Source of the DNA: Bacteroidales bacterium
GTDB lineage: Bacteria; Bacteroidota; Bacteroidia; Bacteroidales; PXBB01
Length of the DNA stretch: 64,000 bases
Assembly (NCBI GenBank): GCA_003565735.1
Contig: PXBB01000108.1
Coordinates: 15,118-79,117 of the forward strand
Direction of reading: 5' to 3'
Shown: in pieces, positions 9,112-19,675 of the stretch
Position numbering within the stretch: the stretch's first letter is position 1
Layout: each line of letters starts with the position of its first letter
The notes under the pieces: generated by a model
What the model was told of the DNA's origin: nothing
Seen by the model: only the letters and a program-made list of their open reading frames with translations
Databases searched by the model: none
Made by a program: the position numbers and the translations under genes

Positions 9112-10020
9112 ATGTGGCATTCATATATCAATGGTTTTAAATCATTTTTAAAAATTGAAAAATCCCTGTCAGAGCATTCTGTTACTGCTTATGTACACGA
9201 TGTAAATAAACTCATTGTATTTCTGAAATCTCAAAATAGAGCTGATAAATCACCTCAACAGATTGACAATAATGATATTCAAAAATTTATTGAATGGCTT
9301 AATGCAAAAAACTATAATGCGACTTCACAAAATAGAATTATTTCCGGTATTAAGGCCTTTTATAAATATTTATTGATGGAAAATGTCATTGAGGATGACC
9401 CGATGGAACTCATTGAATACTCTAAAGTAAGTAGAAAACTACCTGACATACTATCTCTGCCTGAAATTGACAAACTTATCAATGCTATAGACCTGAGTAA
9501 ACCAGAGGGGCAAAGAAATAAGACTATGCTTGAAACATTGTACGGTTGCGGCTTAAGGGTTTCTGAACTTGTCAACTTAAGGATTTCTGATATTTCCTTT
9601 AAAGATGCGTTTATTAAAGTAACAGGCAAGGGTAACAAGGAGCGTTTGGTACCCTTAGGCAGTTATGCATTAAAAAATATCAAACTCTATATGGATTCAT
9701 ACCGTTCTCAGAATAAAATAAAGAAAAAATGCGAGGATATTCTTTTTTTAAACCGTTATGGCGATAAGATTACACGGGTAATGGTTTTTACAATTATCAA
9801 AGATTTAGCTTTAAGGGTGGGGCTGAAAAAAAGAATCAGCCCGCACACGTTCAGACACTCATTTGCTACCCACCTTATTGAAGGCGGAGCCGATCTAAGG
9901 GCTGTTCAGGAAATGCTTGGACATGAGTCTATAACTACAACTGAAATATACACACATTTGGACAGAGCTTTCCTGCGTAGTACAATTCTTGAGCATCACC
10001 CACGCAGTAAAAAGAAGTGA
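9112..10020 (+). CDS. xerD: Site-specific tyrosine recombinase XerD-like
   Basis: 302 aa with catalytic signature regions GLRVSEL, HTFRHSFATHL and LGHESITTTEIYTH. Confidence 0.85.
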   Translation: MWHSYINGFKSFLKIEKSLSEHSVTAYVHDVNKLIVFLKSQNRADKSPQQIDNNDIQKFIEWLNAKNYNATSQNRIISGIKAFYKYLLMENVIEDDPMELIEYSKVSRKLPDILSLPEIDKLINAIDLSKPEGQRNKTMLETLYGCGLRVSELVNLRISDISFKDAFIKVTGKGNKERLVPLGSYALKNIKLYMDSYRSQNKIKKKCEDILFLNRYGDKITRVMVFTIIKDLALRVGLKKRISPHTFRHSFATHLIEGGADLRAVQEMLGHESITTTEIYTHLDRAFLRSTILEHHPRSKKK

Positions 10021-10032
10021 TGCGTCAAAAGC

Positions 10033-10599
10033 TTAAATCCATTTTTTTAAAGCAGGAGCTTTGTATTCCATTAGGGCAGACAATAATTCCCGGGGATTCT
10101 CTTTATCAATAAAAAGAGACATATGTGCATTTTTAAGATAATCGTAATGAGCCATTTCTTTAAACATTTGCAGTAACGGGTCGAAAAAACTATTAATGTT
10201 AAGTAAACCTAAAGGCTTTACGTGCTGCCCCAACTGAGCTAATGATAATACTTCCGAAATCTCATCCAGAGTGCCAAAACCGCCGGGTAGCGCTATGAAA
10301 GCATCTGAAATGTCTATCATAAGCTTCTTGCGCTCATCCATTGAACGGACCAAACGCATATCGTTTATAGCAGCATGCGCTATGTGTTCTTCGTTGAAAA
10401 AATGAGGCAGCACGCCTGTTACCTTCCCACCGTTATCAATAACACCATCAGCAACCTTGCCCATTAAGCCTACCTTTGCGCCACCGTAAACCAATGATAA
10501 ATTGTTTTCTGCCAATAAAGAGCCCAGTATGTAGGCACTGTTTAAAAAAGCGTTAGAACTTCCATTTGATGAAGCACAAAATACGCATACTCTATTCAT
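10033..10599 (-). CDS. LOG family protein (TIGR00730; cytokinin riboside 5'-monophosphate phosphoribohydrolase-like)
   Basis: Motifs VYGGAKVGLMG and ALPGGFGTLDE. I prefer ATG 10599 (MNRVCVFCASS...). The track's 10731 start overlaps the TamB-like gene. Confidence 0.85.
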   Translation of the reverse strand: MNRVCVFCASSNGSSNAFLNSAYILGSLLAENNLSLVYGGAKVGLMGKVADGVIDNGGKVTGVLPHFFNEEHIAHAAINDMRLVRSMDERKKLMIDISDAFIALPGGFGTLDEISEVLSLAQLGQHVKPLGLLNINSFFDPLLQMFKEMAHYDYLKNAHMSLFIDKENPRELLSALMEYKAPALKKWI

Positions 10600-10693
10600 A
10601 TTTCTTGTTTTATTCCTTTTATAAGAACTTTTTAGTAAAAAAGAGGACAGGTTAAAGTACTTAAAAAGACTTTTTAAAGAAAAGTGTAATGCT

Positions 10694-13600
10694 TTAATTG
10701 TTTCGTCGCAAAAGCTCATTAAAACTATCAAACTCCCTCCTGTAAAAAAGCCCCACGCCCTGAGTGTAGGGTGCAGTGTGCTTTAACATATCAAAAGTAT
10801 TTGATTTATTATAAAATTTCAATCTGAATTTTCCATCCTCTGTTATCATTAACTCAACGTTGACATCACCCACCAGCTGACTTGTGTTTTGTCCTGTTGC
10901 TGAGGTTCCCACACTGCCGTCTATGAGAACTCTGTCGTTAAACAGTTGCGTAGATAATGCTACTTCAACTTCGTCGCTGGTTATCTCGTCGCCCATTCTG
11001 TAATTAACACCCAGGTCAAAATCGCTGCTGATTTGCGATAGCCAGTTGCTAAGCTGATTTGAGAGCATTTCTGTTGAGGTAGCTTCAAGTCCTGTGGCAA
11101 TATCCATGCCGGCAAAGTCGCTGGTAGGAGGCAGGAATCTGTTCAGAGCTAACAAAGCAAACATTTGCCTGTTCATTTCTGCTTCTGTATTAACAATTGA
11201 GCGAAGCTGATTTCTGGTATTTTCATCACTGGCAGGTAAATCAATATCAAAAGCAATTTCAGGATTGAATAAATAGCCGCTCATATCAAGAATACAATTT
11301 ACAGGTACACGGTTTCTGTGTTCTCTTGATGTGTCGGCAGTGGCAATAAACAAATCGTGCAAGGGTGCCCTGAGCTGGTAAATGGCTTTGATATTAGCAT
11401 TGGCTGTCATTGGGTCGCCTACCCAGTTGATACGGCTGCCTTGTTCAATTCTAAACCTTTTGTTAATAACATTTTGTAAGGTAAATAAATAATCACCCTC
11501 CTGAATAATGTAATCGCCAAACATTCTGAAATCGCCCAGCATATTGATTTCCATTTGTATATTTCCATTTCCACGGGCCCTAATAATATCGCCTACCTGA
11601 GCATCGAAAATAATTTGCACTTCACTTTCCGGGGTCACTTCAAGGTCAAGGTTAAGAGTTAAATTAGCTTCGGTACGTGCTTCAGTGATAATAACTTCAT
11701 TTTCTTCAATAATATCATGCTGAACAAAAGTTATAAATCTGTTTTCCCTTACTTCACCGGCTGCCTGAAGTGGTAAAAATATACGTGTTTGACGCTCTGT
11801 GCGTGCCAAAATATCCATGGTAATATTATCTACCGGGCCATGTATGCGCACTGAACCGGTAGCAAAAGCGGTTCCGTAAAAATCATCATTATCGGCCATA
11901 GTAGTGTTGAGGCACATAAAATTTTGCATGCTAAAGTTTAAGTCAAGCACCATGTTGTTGAAGTTTTCATGCTGTATCTGCCCGTTAAAAAGAGCCCTGT
12001 CACCACGAACATCATTAAGGGTAATATTATCGAATGTTAATGCGTTTCTCGAAACAGCAATGTCATCTGAAAAAGAGTATATGGTATTCAGGTAGTCAAT
12101 TTTTAGTGAGGCTCTTCTAAGACTTATAAGTCCATTGAAATCAGGTTGAGCCGTACTTCCCTCAATATGAACCTGGCCTGTTGCCAAGCCCCTGAAATCA
12201 GAACTGAAGGAAGACAAATAAGCCTGAATCAGCTCTAAGCGAAAATTTTCAAAAGTGACATGGATATCAAGTGCGTCCTCTTCGCGATTAGGGTAATAAT
12301 AACCCTGCGCAGCAAATGGGCGGTTAGAGCCTATACTGCCAACGTAAATAATATCGGAATTAATATAAATCCTTTCAGCTTGTCTATCCCAGTTGCTGTT
12401 CAAAATTAGATTGCCCAACATATCATCATTAAAATGAAAATTATCAATTTTAATATCTGTAATAAAGCCGGGCGCCCCATAAACATCGTAAATTGAAAGG
12501 TAGCCTGACAAAATTCCGTCAAGCTGTATGTTTTGAGCAGCTAACAGAGGATTGAAATCGGAAATCCCAAAATTGTCAAAGCTTAAATCCAGCGACTTTT
12601 CTGCATCTTCTGATAGATGTCCGTCAATTTTTATCATTTGGTCTTTATGGCTGAATGACAAATCGCTAATGGCAATAGCAGAAGTGTCAAAGCTTATTCT
12701 GTTTAAGGGGTTGACAACCCACAATGAATCATTAATAAAAATGCGTCCCCTTAAAAACTTAAGCTCAATTTCCGGGGCATCTTCAAAGGATAAAAAGCCA
12801 TTAATATCGCCACTGTTACGCATGTTTTTAGCAATGTTAAACCATTGCAGGTCAAAGACAATACTGTCTTCTCTGCTTTGAGCATTAAGTGAAAGGTCGT
12901 CAAGCTGCATGTCCTCGTTTAAGATAAAATGCCGGGCGCCGCTGTTGACTTTAAGGGTGTTTGCTTTGGGGTAAACATTAAGAAACCAGTTCTGCATCAA
13001 CATATTGTTAATAAAAATATAATCTGATGCTGCATCAACAGATAACAGGCCATCCAAACCGTTGAATTGACCTGTGATGAAAAAGTCATCAGAAATTTCA
13101 AAAGCTGTGATAAAAAAATCAGTAAGAGGCTTGCTGTTTAATAGTTTTAAATTATAACTGAAGCGGGTATCATTTAAAGCGGGAATTTCAGTGTCTGTAT
13201 GTTTTACATAGGAGGGAAGGTAGTTGTTCAATAGGCCTGCAAAAGCTGATGGCAAATCACTATACTTAAAAAAGCCCTCAATATTGAATTGAAAAAGCTC
13301 TGAATGGATGACAAGATTTTTGTATTTATTATCTTCAGCAGCATTGGTTAAGAAAATTTCATTAATTTCCAGGGATTTGTCGTCTTCAGTAAATGTAATA
13401 TCATTCAACCTGAAAAGGCCTCCAATGTCCTCGATATTTGTACCATTAAAACGACATTTAAGGTAAGCAGATAAAGTCCTTTCAACCTCATCATTAGTCA
13501 TGCGCAGTTTGTGCAGTTTAACTTTGTTGATATCCATTGAAAAATCGAAAAGAGGCTTGGCATGTGAAAAGTCAACAATGCCTTGAAAATCCATATCTAT

Positions 13601-15115
13601 ATTATCTTCAAAAATATCGAGGTAACCCGTAAACATTTTATTAACAAGGTCACCATTGATAGATATATTTTTATAGTTATAATCATTAAAAACGAAGGAA
13701 GAAATGGTGCCATTTACAGTAAGGTCAGCATTATCGAGGCTTAAACCTTTGCCCTGAAGGTCAAAGTCGAAGGATATTTTATCGAGTCCACTTTGTGGTG
13801 CAATCAGGCTTCCAATATCAAATTCCGAAACAGCTAACTGCCCCCTGTAAGAAATTTCCTGATGATCACCCCTTCTGACCAAAAGGTCGGACTTAATCTT
13901 TCCCAGTGCCGAATTGAAATCACCGTAAGCTACAAAGTCATCAATAAAGCCGGTAAAATTACCGGAAAATGTTATCAGGTCAAGGTTTTCTAAAGCATCA
14001 GGCAGGGAAAGGCTTATAGTTTCATGGTTGCTGTTTGGCAGCAAAAAGCTGTTCAGGTCAGCATGCTTAGTGGTCAGCATATCAATATTAAAATTGATAA
14101 AAGTATTGCTTATATCGGGCAGCCCTGTTAGTCTGAAATCACCATTTAAAGAGGTGTGGTCTGCATATTTTATAATGACATCGCGTCCGCGTAAATTACT
14201 TACCGTTCCACGAAAGTTGCCATCAATACCGATTTTATTATACATGCCAAACATGTCGGGAGCGAAATAGGCAATATCTTCAAGGTTTAAAACAGCTTTA
14301 TCAAAAACCACATCAATATCAACCAATTCTACAAAATCATTAAAAGCAGGAAATGAATCATATTCAAACAGGAGGTCCATACGCAGTTCCGATTCCGGTG
14401 TTTTTATATGCAGTTTGTTGATGTCCAAAAATGTTGAGGAAAGGGAAACCACGCCAGAAAAATTCTGAAGATGAAAACCACTTTTATCTTTGCAGGATAA
14501 CTTTTTAATATAAGAATTAATGGTGTCCCCGTTGATACTAATACGACGAAAATCAGCATGAATACCACCTATATCAAGGTTATTGAAGTCCATGCCTTTA
14601 TCGGTAAATTCATGATTATAATCTTGTAGCTTAAAATCAACATTATTGAGAAACAGTCGGCGTGTTTCATAGGCCCAGGGTATCTTATGCGGATCTTTTT
14701 CCTTATCAGATGAAAAGTAATCAATTAAAAATTTAAGATTAACCTCCTCATAACCCTCGTATTTGCGTAAATTGAAAGAAGTGTTTTCCAGACCAATCTT
14801 GCGAAAAGTAACTTTTCTGGCCATAAAGCTTATGCGGTGGATATCAAAAATAATCTTTTCTGCTACTAATATGTCATTGTTATACAAGTCTTTAATATGA
14901 ACATCTTCAATTATTACATCAAGGAATAACGATATGTCAATGCCACCCACTTTTACCTGAGTATTTAGTTGACCGGATAAATAAGCTGCGGCTTTTTGAG
15001 TCAGAAAGGTCTGAACTGATGAGGAGCGTAGTATTGAATAAAAGCTTAGAGGCAAGACTACTAAAATAATAGTCAAGTAAAAGATCACCTTATATTTTCT
15101 GTATAATCTACGCAT
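10694..15115 (-). CDS. Translocation/assembly module TamB-like protein
   Basis: 1473 aa with an N-terminal anchor (IFYLTIILVVLPLSFYSIL) and a long repetitive beta-rich body. The conserved C-terminal region is DUF490-like. It is divergent from tsaD, a layout I recall as common in Bacteroidota. Confidence 0.7.
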   Translation of the reverse strand: MRRLYRKYKVIFYLTIILVVLPLSFYSILRSSSVQTFLTQKAAAYLSGQLNTQVKVGGIDISLFLDVIIEDVHIKDLYNNDILVAEKIIFDIHRISFMARKVTFRKIGLENTSFNLRKYEGYEEVNLKFLIDYFSSDKEKDPHKIPWAYETRRLFLNNVDFKLQDYNHEFTDKGMDFNNLDIGGIHADFRRISINGDTINSYIKKLSCKDKSGFHLQNFSGVVSLSSTFLDINKLHIKTPESELRMDLLFEYDSFPAFNDFVELVDIDVVFDKAVLNLEDIAYFAPDMFGMYNKIGIDGNFRGTVSNLRGRDVIIKYADHTSLNGDFRLTGLPDISNTFINFNIDMLTTKHADLNSFLLPNSNHETISLSLPDALENLDLITFSGNFTGFIDDFVAYGDFNSALGKIKSDLLVRRGDHQEISYRGQLAVSEFDIGSLIAPQSGLDKISFDFDLQGKGLSLDNADLTVNGTISSFVFNDYNYKNISINGDLVNKMFTGYLDIFEDNIDMDFQGIVDFSHAKPLFDFSMDINKVKLHKLRMTNDEVERTLSAYLKCRFNGTNIEDIGGLFRLNDITFTEDDKSLEINEIFLTNAAEDNKYKNLVIHSELFQFNIEGFFKYSDLPSAFAGLLNNYLPSYVKHTDTEIPALNDTRFSYNLKLLNSKPLTDFFITAFEISDDFFITGQFNGLDGLLSVDAASDYIFINNMLMQNWFLNVYPKANTLKVNSGARHFILNEDMQLDDLSLNAQSREDSIVFDLQWFNIAKNMRNSGDINGFLSFEDAPEIELKFLRGRIFINDSLWVVNPLNRISFDTSAIAISDLSFSHKDQMIKIDGHLSEDAEKSLDLSFDNFGISDFNPLLAAQNIQLDGILSGYLSIYDVYGAPGFITDIKIDNFHFNDDMLGNLILNSNWDRQAERIYINSDIIYVGSIGSNRPFAAQGYYYPNREEDALDIHVTFENFRLELIQAYLSSFSSDFRGLATGQVHIEGSTAQPDFNGLISLRRASLKIDYLNTIYSFSDDIAVSRNALTFDNITLNDVRGDRALFNGQIQHENFNNMVLDLNFSMQNFMCLNTTMADNDDFYGTAFATGSVRIHGPVDNITMDILARTERQTRIFLPLQAAGEVRENRFITFVQHDIIEENEVIITEARTEANLTLNLDLEVTPESEVQIIFDAQVGDIIRARGNGNIQMEINMLGDFRMFGDYIIQEGDYLFTLQNVINKRFRIEQGSRINWVGDPMTANANIKAIYQLRAPLHDLFIATADTSREHRNRVPVNCILDMSGYLFNPEIAFDIDLPASDENTRNQLRSIVNTEAEMNRQMFALLALNRFLPPTSDFAGMDIATGLEATSTEMLSNQLSNWLSQISSDFDLGVNYRMGDEITSDEVEVALSTQLFNDRVLIDGSVGTSATGQNTSQLVGDVNVELMITEDGKFRLKFYNKSNTFDMLKHTAPYTQGVGLFYRREFDSFNELLRRNN

Positions 15116-15162
15116 TTATATTAAAAACACAAAATTAGCATCAATATGATAAAAATTCATAA

Positions 15163-15170
15163 TATTTTTG
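15163..15170 (+). promoter_or_regulatory. Candidate -7 promoter box (TAnnTTTG)
   Basis: tatttttg lies 18 nt upstream of the tsaD ATG. Confidence 0.4.
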
Positions 15171-15188
15171 CAAATAAAATAAAAAACA

Positions 15189-16202
15189 ATGAGTATTTAT
15201 ATATTGGGTATTGAAACTTCATGCGATGACACTTCAGCAGCCATACTAAAAGACAACAAAATCCTTGCCAATAAAATAGCCGGTCAGGAAGTTCACAAGG
15301 GCTACGGAGGTGTTGTGCCTGAGTTGGCTTCGCGGGCTCATCAGCAGCATATTGTTCCTGTTGTTGATGTGGCTTTTAGAGAAGCAGGCATTACAAAAGA
15401 TAAGCTTCATGCCATTGCTTTTACCCGTGGACCCGGTTTGCTTGGCTCTTTATTGGTAGGCACTTCATTTGCCAAAGCTATGGCACTTGGGATGAATATC
15501 CCGCTGATAGAAGTTGACCACCTGCAGGCGCATGTTTTAGCACATTTTATTCATAACAACAACACGGAACCACCCGAACTCCCCTTTATATGTTTGACAG
15601 TATCCGGAGGCCATTCGCAAATAGAGATTATCAAAGACTACTTTCAATTTGAATTGCTTGGACAAACCATTGATGATGCTGCTGGAGAAGCCTTTGACAA
15701 AGCTGCTAAAATATTGGGGTTGCCGTACCCGGGAGGCCCACTTATTGACAAACATGCTCAGGATGGTAATAGTGAAGCTTTTAAATTGCCACATCCGAAG
15801 GTGACCGGCTATAATTATAGCTTTTCTGGTCTTAAAACATCTTTTTTATATCTTATCAGAGATCATTTGAAAAGTGATGCCGATTTTATTAAAAAAAATC
15901 TTAATGATTTGTGTGCTTCTATCCAAAAGGCTATTATTGATGTATTGTTGCACAAGCTGACTATGGCTGTAGAGGATACTAAAATAAAGCGTGTAGCCAT
16001 TGCCGGAGGTGTTTCTGCTAATTCATCTTTACGACAAAGACTCAAAGACCTGGCTAATGAAAAAGGGTGGAAGCTTCACATTCCTCCTTTTGAGTATTGC
16101 ACTGATAATGCTGCCATGATAGCCATAGCCGGTTATTATAAGTATAAAGCCGGCATCTGGGGATCGCAAAGTGCCGTACCTTACGCCAGAAAAAATCAAT
16201 AG
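15189..16202 (+). CDS. tsaD: tRNA N6-adenosine threonylcarbamoyltransferase
   Basis: 337 aa with ILGIETSCDDTSAAI, VDHLQAHVLAHF (metal-binding His pair) and GGVSANSSLR. Confidence 0.92.
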   Translation: MSIYILGIETSCDDTSAAILKDNKILANKIAGQEVHKGYGGVVPELASRAHQQHIVPVVDVAFREAGITKDKLHAIAFTRGPGLLGSLLVGTSFAKAMALGMNIPLIEVDHLQAHVLAHFIHNNNTEPPELPFICLTVSGGHSQIEIIKDYFQFELLGQTIDDAAGEAFDKAAKILGLPYPGGPLIDKHAQDGNSEAFKLPHPKVTGYNYSFSGLKTSFLYLIRDHLKSDADFIKKNLNDLCASIQKAIIDVLLHKLTMAVEDTKIKRVAIAGGVSANSSLRQRLKDLANEKGWKLHIPPFEYCTDNAAMIAIAGYYKYKAGIWGSQSAVPYARKNQ

Positions 16203-16464
16203 TAGCAGAGAAACATTTTTTTTTGAAAATAAGATGTTCTATAAGGAAAGTAAAACTTTTTTTATGAATATTTTATATTGTGATGGAATATCCCATGAAT
16301 ACATATAATATTAATAATTATCCTATATGTTTGTTTTAAATATTTATGTCAATATATTATTTTTATTTTTTAAAATATATAAATATGCCATAGACAAAAT
16401 AATAGAGAAGTTTGATATGTGTTTTTTTTATATTTTTGAAAGCTAAACAAAAAAAGTAAAAAAA

Positions 16465-17964
16465 ATGATTAGTAAAGTTGTAGTAGTTGCTTTATATGCT
16501 ATTCTTGTTGTCGTTATTGGTATTATTGGTATGCGGAGGACAAAGTCTTTTAATGACTTTTTTCTGGCAGGAGGGAATGTGGGTCCTTGGCTTTCGGCCT
16601 TTTCTTATGGTACAGCCTATTTCTCGGCTGTTATGTTTATAGGGTTTGCCGGAAAAGTGGGGTGGGGCTTTGGTTATTCGGGTCTTTGGATAACTTTTGG
16701 CAATGCTTTTATAGGCGTTTTGGCTGTTTGGGCCTTAATAGGCTGGAGAATAAAGAAAATGTCAACGGAATATGGTGTCAGTACCATGAGTGAGTTTCTA
16801 GAAAAACGCTTCAATAGCAGTTTTTTAAAGCTTGCGGCAGTACTGGTAATATTTATCTTTATGATACCTTATTCGGCTGCTGTTTTTATGGGGTTGTCAT
16901 ATCTCTTTGAAATCTCTTTCAATATTGAGTACTGGATTGCTTTGACTATTATAGGCGTATTTACGGCGACTTATATTATTCTAGGCGGTTATAAATCTAT
17001 GGCTCTTATTGACGTCATATTCGGAATGATAATGGTTGTCTCTGTATCAATTTTGCTTATTTTTACAATTAATAAGGGTGGGGGACTGTCCGGTATTACC
17101 CAGTCTCTTAATGATATTAACCCCGGGCTTACGGCTCCTGTTGGACCTCCCGGCTTTTTCCCCTTGTTTGCTCTTGTTTTTCTTACAGCAGTAGCTCCCT
17201 TTGCGCTGCCGCAGCTTGTACAGAAGTTTTACGCTATTAAAGATAAAAAATCCATTCGCATAGGGATGATAGCCTCTACCTTTTTTGCACTGCTGATTTC
17301 ATTTGTGGGCTTTTTTGTAGGCTCTACAACAAGGGTATTTATAAGACCAGACAATCCCGACCAGGCGCATTTGTTTCATATTACCGAAACAGGGGCTGCC
17401 GTTCCCAACTTCGACAGGTTAATGCCGGAGGTGCTTACCAATATGCTACCGGGGGGCTTATCTATTATCATTTTGATTTTGATACTGGCGGCCAGTATGT
17501 CAACATTGGCTGCTCTGGTGCTTATTTCCAGTTCTGCTATTAGTAAGGACTTTTATGCCGGCTTTATTAACAAAAAAGCTTCTGATAAAACCCTGACAAG
17601 CCTTATGCGCGTTATGAGCGGTGTGTTTGTATTTCTTGCCGTTCTACTGGCTCTTGTAGAATTTGATATCATTGTCGAAATATTAGGCGTTTCTTGGGGG
17701 GCTATAGGGTCATTTTTCTTAGGGCCTTTTGTGTGGGGGCTGATGTCGAAAAAGATTACTAAAGCAGGAGCGCTCACTTCGGCTTTTCTTGGTTTGGCTA
17801 CCTGCTTGATATTATATTCTATAGGGCAGGGCCAACCCGAAGGTTCGGCTTTGTCGTGGTATTATGGAGCACCCGGGGCAGGGACATTAGGCATGATAGT
17901 GTCGCTGCTTATTGCACCTATAGTTTCCTTGCCAAATTTTTTCAAGGCTAATAAAACCGAATAA
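16465..17964 (+). CDS. Sodium:solute symporter family transporter
   Basis: 499 aa, polytopic (about 13 TM), with SSS-like N-terminal segments (FFLAGGNVGPW, YSAAVFMG). The substrate is unknown. Confidence 0.75.
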   Translation: MISKVVVVALYAILVVVIGIIGMRRTKSFNDFFLAGGNVGPWLSAFSYGTAYFSAVMFIGFAGKVGWGFGYSGLWITFGNAFIGVLAVWALIGWRIKKMSTEYGVSTMSEFLEKRFNSSFLKLAAVLVIFIFMIPYSAAVFMGLSYLFEISFNIEYWIALTIIGVFTATYIILGGYKSMALIDVIFGMIMVVSVSILLIFTINKGGGLSGITQSLNDINPGLTAPVGPPGFFPLFALVFLTAVAPFALPQLVQKFYAIKDKKSIRIGMIASTFFALLISFVGFFVGSTTRVFIRPDNPDQAHLFHITETGAAVPNFDRLMPEVLTNMLPGGLSIIILILILAASMSTLAALVLISSSAISKDFYAGFINKKASDKTLTSLMRVMSGVFVFLAVLLALVEFDIIVEILGVSWGAIGSFFLGPFVWGLMSKKITKAGALTSAFLGLATCLILYSIGQGQPEGSALSWYYGAPGAGTLGMIVSLLIAPIVSLPNFFKANKTE

Positions 17965-18000
17965 ATTCCAGATATTTATAGCGCCGAGCGGCTCATAAGC

Positions 18001-19020
18001 TTAAAACCTTGTGCCAAAGCTGATATAGATAGAGGATATATCACCCTCCGATAAATAACGGTAATTCAACGAGCTGTAGAAGCCGCGGTAAGGCTCATAC
18101 TCTACACCTCCAATAACATAATGGGCGTCTTCATAAGCCATACTCTTTTTGATATAATCATGGCGGGCAAGTATATGCCAGCCTTCCGAAATTTTGTAAG
18201 CCCCATAAACAGAGGTGCCGCTAAGAGCGTTGGCTTTATTGTTTAAGTGGTTTTCAACATGGTTGACTTCAAGGCCTAAGCGCCAGTCGCCGGTTCTGTA
18301 GCCCGTGAAAAAGGAAAAGGCGTTTCTGTCAGGCAAACCTTTTACTGAAGAATGGTCAGCGTATAATTTAAGAATAAAGCCATCCAAAGGCGTCCATTCT
18401 ATATTCGTAGAATATAACAGATGGCCATCGGCGCCCTGCACTCTGAAAGGGCCATTGCCATTAACGGCTCCGATAGATACAGCGAGGTCCTCGTGGGGTT
18501 TGAAAGTCAGACGTGCGCCAAAATCAGCTTGCGCGCCAAACCTGTTCATCTCCTGAAAGGTAAAAGCCACATACCTGAAGCCCCAAAATCTGTCCTGATA
18601 TGTCAAGTACTGCTGATTTAAAAGCTGCCCCACTGAAAAATCCAGCCACGAATTAATCTTATAATCAATCTGAGCCATTTTAAGGAAGCCCGTGTAATCG
18701 CTTCCTAAAAAGCCGTAGCTGACATCCATTTCTGTGCCGGCGGTATCTGTAACCTGTATCCGACTGGTGGTGCGGAAAACATCGTAAATCAAAGTGGCAC
18801 TCGCTCTGTCGCCCCACTGCCCTCTGTAGCCCAGCAGCCCCGTTGACAGCTCAAAACCTTTGTCGGGCATAAGCTTTTCTCCCGGAACATAGTAAAAAGC
18901 TGTAAAAATATTTCCCCATACATTACTACTATAAGTAGGCGCTTCAATACTGTCATTCTCTGTGTAGGCACTTTGAAAGACCACAACTAACGATAAAATA
19001 AATAATATTCTTTTTCTCAT
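18001..19020 (-). CDS. Putative outer-membrane porin
   Basis: Signal peptide MRKRILFILSLVVVFQSAYT, a beta-strand-pattern sequence and a C-terminal ...SFGTRF. Confidence 0.5.
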   Translation of the reverse strand: MRKRILFILSLVVVFQSAYTENDSIEAPTYSSNVWGNIFTAFYYVPGEKLMPDKGFELSTGLLGYRGQWGDRASATLIYDVFRTTSRIQVTDTAGTEMDVSYGFLGSDYTGFLKMAQIDYKINSWLDFSVGQLLNQQYLTYQDRFWGFRYVAFTFQEMNRFGAQADFGARLTFKPHEDLAVSIGAVNGNGPFRVQGADGHLLYSTNIEWTPLDGFILKLYADHSSVKGLPDRNAFSFFTGYRTGDWRLGLEVNHVENHLNNKANALSGTSVYGAYKISEGWHILARHDYIKKSMAYEDAHYVIGGVEYEPYRGFYSSLNYRYLSEGDISSIYISFGTRF

Positions 19021-19146
19021 TTTCAGTGATTTTGGTTGTTTGAAATATAGCTAATAATTAAATAAATAATATCAAGTATGATAAAATTTTGACAAAAATA
19101 GAAAAAAAAAGTGTTTTTTTGATTGCAGTTTAAATCTGTAAGTAAC

Positions 19147-19434
19147 TTAAACTCTATAGCCAACCGCTATTATTGTATCTAAATTATAAAACCTTGTATT
19201 ATAGATTTTTCCATCCTCTGCAGTATGTTCCAAAATGGAACTAACTGAACCTTCTTCTAATTCTCCGGAATTAAAAATGTTTTTCAAATGTTTTGTTATA
19301 GCAGGTCTTTGAACTCCAAATAACTCAGCTATTTTTTTTTGAGTCATCCAAAAAGTCTCATCTTGATAGAAAACCTCAATTTTTATATTTCCATCATCAG
19401 TTTGGTAAAATATGATTTCCGACTCTTTTGTCAT
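19147..19434 (-). pseudogene. RhuM-family protein, N-terminal fragment only
   Basis: The 95-aa ORF (IIFYQTDDGNIKIEVFYQDETFWMTQKKIAELFGVQRPAITKHLKNIF...IIAVGYRV*) matches the N-terminus of RhuM-family proteins. By my recollection these are about 3 times longer. There is no continuing similarity after the stop. Confidence 0.65.
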
Positions 19435-19675
19435 TTATGTTTTTTTCTCAAATATAAACAATTTTACTGCGTTTCAGTCTTATGCTGCTGTTTCCCTGCA
19501 TGAGCGCCAACGTTCCGGCGGTTAGGCTTTTAGGTGGCGCATCTATCAACAGAATGACCAACAAAGATAAAACTTTTTTACATTGAGCCTGTCGAATCGT
19601 GTGAATTATGGTGATCCTGTATTTTAGTAAACTAAAAAAAATGTTGGTTTGCGTTGGTAATAAGCAAATAATAAA

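Noticed and set aside
10600-10731. N-terminal extensions of track ORFs. Examples: LOG 10731, VWA 4996, tktC 6443, thpR 30662 (TTG), OmpA-like 33012 (TTG), clpX 26374 (TTG), membrane protein 40606 (TTG) and cargo 38912 (GTG)
   Set aside because: These extensions overlap neighbouring genes or use TTG/GTG, while a nearby ATG gives a sensible N-terminus or signal peptide. I chose the shorter starts, but none is experimentally certain.
19441-19675. Slightly GC-richer orphan segment with an imperfect hairpin (gcgccaac...ggtggcgc) and a 33-codon ORF, lying between the RhuM fragment and the FISUMP pseudogene
   Set aside because: It has no tRNA-like cloverleaf, no recognisable RNA motif and no protein similarity that I can see. 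It is probably decayed sequence, and an Rfam/BLAST scan would be needed to say more.
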